Origin: Botryllus schlosseri
Taxonomy: Eukaryota
Reading direction: 5' to 3'
Assembly (NCBI GenBank): GCA_051294905.1
Contig: CM119373.1
Coordinates: forward strand, 26,288,001-26,352,000
DNA length: 64,000 nt
Shown here: in pieces, positions 61,300-64,000 of the stretch
Numbering within the stretch: position 1 is the first letter of the stretch
How the letters are laid out: every line of letters starts with the position of its first letter
The notes under the pieces: model-generated
What the model was told of the DNA's origin: nothing
What the model saw: only the letters and a program-made list of their open reading frames with translations
Database searches by the model: none
Translations under genes and position numbers: made by a program

Positions 61300-62568
61300 G
61301 TTTAATCATTTAATAATAACTTGAGTGTGTTCTACACGCCATCTATTATGTTTTATTGACCTGAAAAAAGGTAAAGCACTGGTATATCAAGTTGAAACGA
61401 GTTGGCACGATATATGCTCGCTGTAAACAAAACTTTCTGGACCAGGCTGCTCAATTTATTCTAGAATATCGTGCCATTATCGTGATCTGAAATGTGACTA
61501 GAAGAAAATAAAATCGGGTCCCAGGAATTATAATTTTATTCAAGTCGCTGATTCGGGCAACTGATTCCGTGAACTATATATTATCATCAAATATAAGGGT
61601 CTGCATTGTGCTCTACGCCAGTACAAGTTCCGATTTTGAATAATGTGCGACCTGCGTAATGCGTAGGCTTCTAACACAGCTCGCCGGATACATATCAATG
61701 AGAGATAAGAAAGTGGCCAAAGGTACTAAAATCACATGAATATGGACACGCTAACGTGCAATGGCTTGATATTCTGTCGCGCATCGCAATATTTTATTTC
61801 ACGATTGTTTTATTTGGACGGATATCCAACTTAGTAAGAACCGCTATCACCGTCGTATTTCTAAACACGCGGAAGAGCAATGATTTCACAAAACAGTTTG
61901 TATCAATATTGTCCCTATAATGCTGACATATATAGACAATACTATTTTCATTTCCATTTAATTATTTTATTTCTTGTTGTCATATTTTCATAAGACAGGA
62001 ATATTGTGTACGCTAGGCAATGACCTCATATAATAGCGTAATGGTGAATTTTGTAGTATTAACAAATTTAATAAAACCACCTGTAGACGAAATTAACAAG
62101 GCAATCTCACAAATGAATTTTTAAAAATTATCCATTATTTCATCTGCTACAAATCGATATGAAATTGCGTCCGGATCGAAAACCAAGTCGCGTGTTGGGT
62201 GATGAAATTTCGAAGCTGTTAGGATAAGTAGACGCTCGGGGCTATATAATATTCTGAATTGACTATGAAATTGAGGACCCATTATCGGCGTTTTTCACTC
62301 AATTAAACTGTCTTTCAAATGAACTCGGGTAACTCAGGCAACTCAACTTGAATAATATATGTGGCTCTAACGACCGTCATCGGTCGCATTGTCCCTAAGA
62401 TGAAATTGACCTTATACTCGGAGTTGAATTATTTGCCACTGAATAACCGTCATCGTTATTATCACTGAAAAACTGCTGTTCCTCTACTAACATCGACCGT
62501 TTCTGAACTTAAATTGTTTTTCACTAGAATGAAAGTCATTGTCATTGGTCACTGAAATTATCATTAAC

Positions 62569-63058
62569 TAGGGTTGCATTTAAAACAAACAACAATCTGT
62601 ACTAAAAATGTTCAAATCATTTGCCTTGTTTTCCAAAAATTTGTTGTTGTTAAATTTTCACGACGTGACAAATCTTTATTCGTGTCAGTGTATTGGCATT
62701 GTTGTATCACTCCTTAACAATTATATTCAAAATACGGTCGTCGCTCATCATCAGCAGAACAGCCATTCCAGTCCAGTGCTACATAACTACGTGCTATAAC
62801 GACTGCCGACTGAACCAATGACGATTTCTGGTGTTCTAACCAGCATACCTTATCGTATATGTAGAATACATCATACATCATAGGTCCGGCGGCTCACACT
62901 AAGTACTGAAAGTACTGATACAATAATGACATAATTATACAACTTTTGTGAAAGAAACAATGACTTGTTTCTGAAATGAAATTTCTTTAAAAAAATCTGT
63001 TTCAAAACATGTGTTGAGCAAAGTAGTTTCAAACATCTTTGACTTTAAACGCAACTTG
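62569..63058. mobile_element. MITE of the GGTTGCATTTAAAAC family
   Basis: Left TAGGGTTGCATTTAAAACAAAC, degenerate right TTTAAACGCAACTTG; internal similarity to 29416-29951. Confidence 0.55.
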
Positions 63059-63639
63059 AGTTGCCACCCGGTTCAGGTCGGTATTCTGCCATTCAATGTG
63101 ATTTACATGTTCAGTTCATATTTACTGGTTTAGTACAGGAGTTCGTGATAAGAGGAAAGTGCATTTAAATGCAGTACTAACTGAACAACAAATTTGTAAG
63201 TGGCTCGATTAACTTTGTCGATAGGCCTTATACGTGTCAGTATGTTACTGCGCGACATGTTCCAAATTCAAGGAAGGTCAAACCTGTTACAGACATTTGA
63301 AAGTTCATCCGGTGATGAACAGCAACGCGATTGATTCTAAACCTACTTCGCCTCGATTGGAGAACTCTTCGCGTTTCCATTCTATCGTTATTCATATTCG
63401 GCGACAATATATGGAGGAGTATGCTGTTCCCATGTAGGAATTCGTAGCACTTCGTCCGCCCCCCAAAAACGTTGGCCTTGGGCCGCCACAATGGATGAGA
63501 CACCAAACTTCTGAGGCCCCCCTTTGCCTATACGCTGTTCACCGCTACGTATCATCTACATTGGGTGTCCGTTTAGCCTTTAGCGAGTCAGCTATTCCCG
63601 CCTAGACGCGCGTAGCGCGAATATATTTCAATAATGTGT

Positions 63640-64000
63640 GATTGAATCAGTCATTATAATCGGGAATTGCAAAATATATATTGCTATCAATTTATATCCT
63701 CTCTCTGCTCACGTAATCAGATTTAACGTTATAGCCGAGGGAGGTGTGTTTGAAATGGTAGGACCACGCAATAATAATTAAACATCTTCAGGCGTATACC
63801 CGTTGGCAGGAACGAAACAGCACTTCGTCGCCACCCAAATAAAACATTGGTCGTGAATTCCATAGGGTGATAAACCGACCCCCCATCACATTGTTCACTT
63901 TTGCCACGGAACCAGTAGTACTGTTTAGTGAGCCAGAGCGAAGCGCGAAAATTTTATATAATTCATGATAAAATCGGTCAAGAAGATCGGGAATTGTATA
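63640..64000 (+). repeat. Second locus of the ~328-bp tandem unit seen at 11607-12290
   Basis: ATCGGGAATTG recurs at 63659 and 63987; blocks align with 11800-12140; runs off the window edge. Confidence 0.8.

Noticed and set aside
63234-63437. C2H2 zinc-finger ORF (CATC...HLKVH)
   Set aside because: Single motif with non-canonical spacing, no splice or family support.

Overview
AT-rich, transposon-dense animal (probably marine invertebrate; species cannot be determined) genomic DNA. No operons, rRNA, CRISPR or intact tRNA genes are visible. Contents: (1) a disabled BEL/Pao LTR retrotransposon at 1-~5050 (minus strand, running off the left edge); (2) many hAT-type MITEs and deletion derivatives with 8-bp target-site duplications (TSDs), including three triple-nested stacks; (3) LINE and SINE remnants (L2-like, I/Nimb-like with RNase H, one tRNA-derived SINE); (4) an intact single-coding-exon 897-aa gene (21908-24601) with a four-TM LRRC8/pannexin-like N-terminus and a non-LRR, internally duplicated helical (ankyrin-like) C-terminus; (5) an old ~6-kb duplicated cassette (A ~30.4-36.05 kb, B ~45.2-51.25 kb). 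In each copy a ParB/sulfiredoxin-like ORF ends in a GTGAAT splice donor that is phase-compatible with an acceptor ~3.8 kb downstream, opening a LINE-derived RNase H exon. Copy B predicts an intact 320-aa ParB-like-RNase H fusion retaining all RNase H catalytic residues; copy A is a pseudogene. This spliced fusion is the strongest candidate for an undescribed system. All homology calls are by eye, without database searches.
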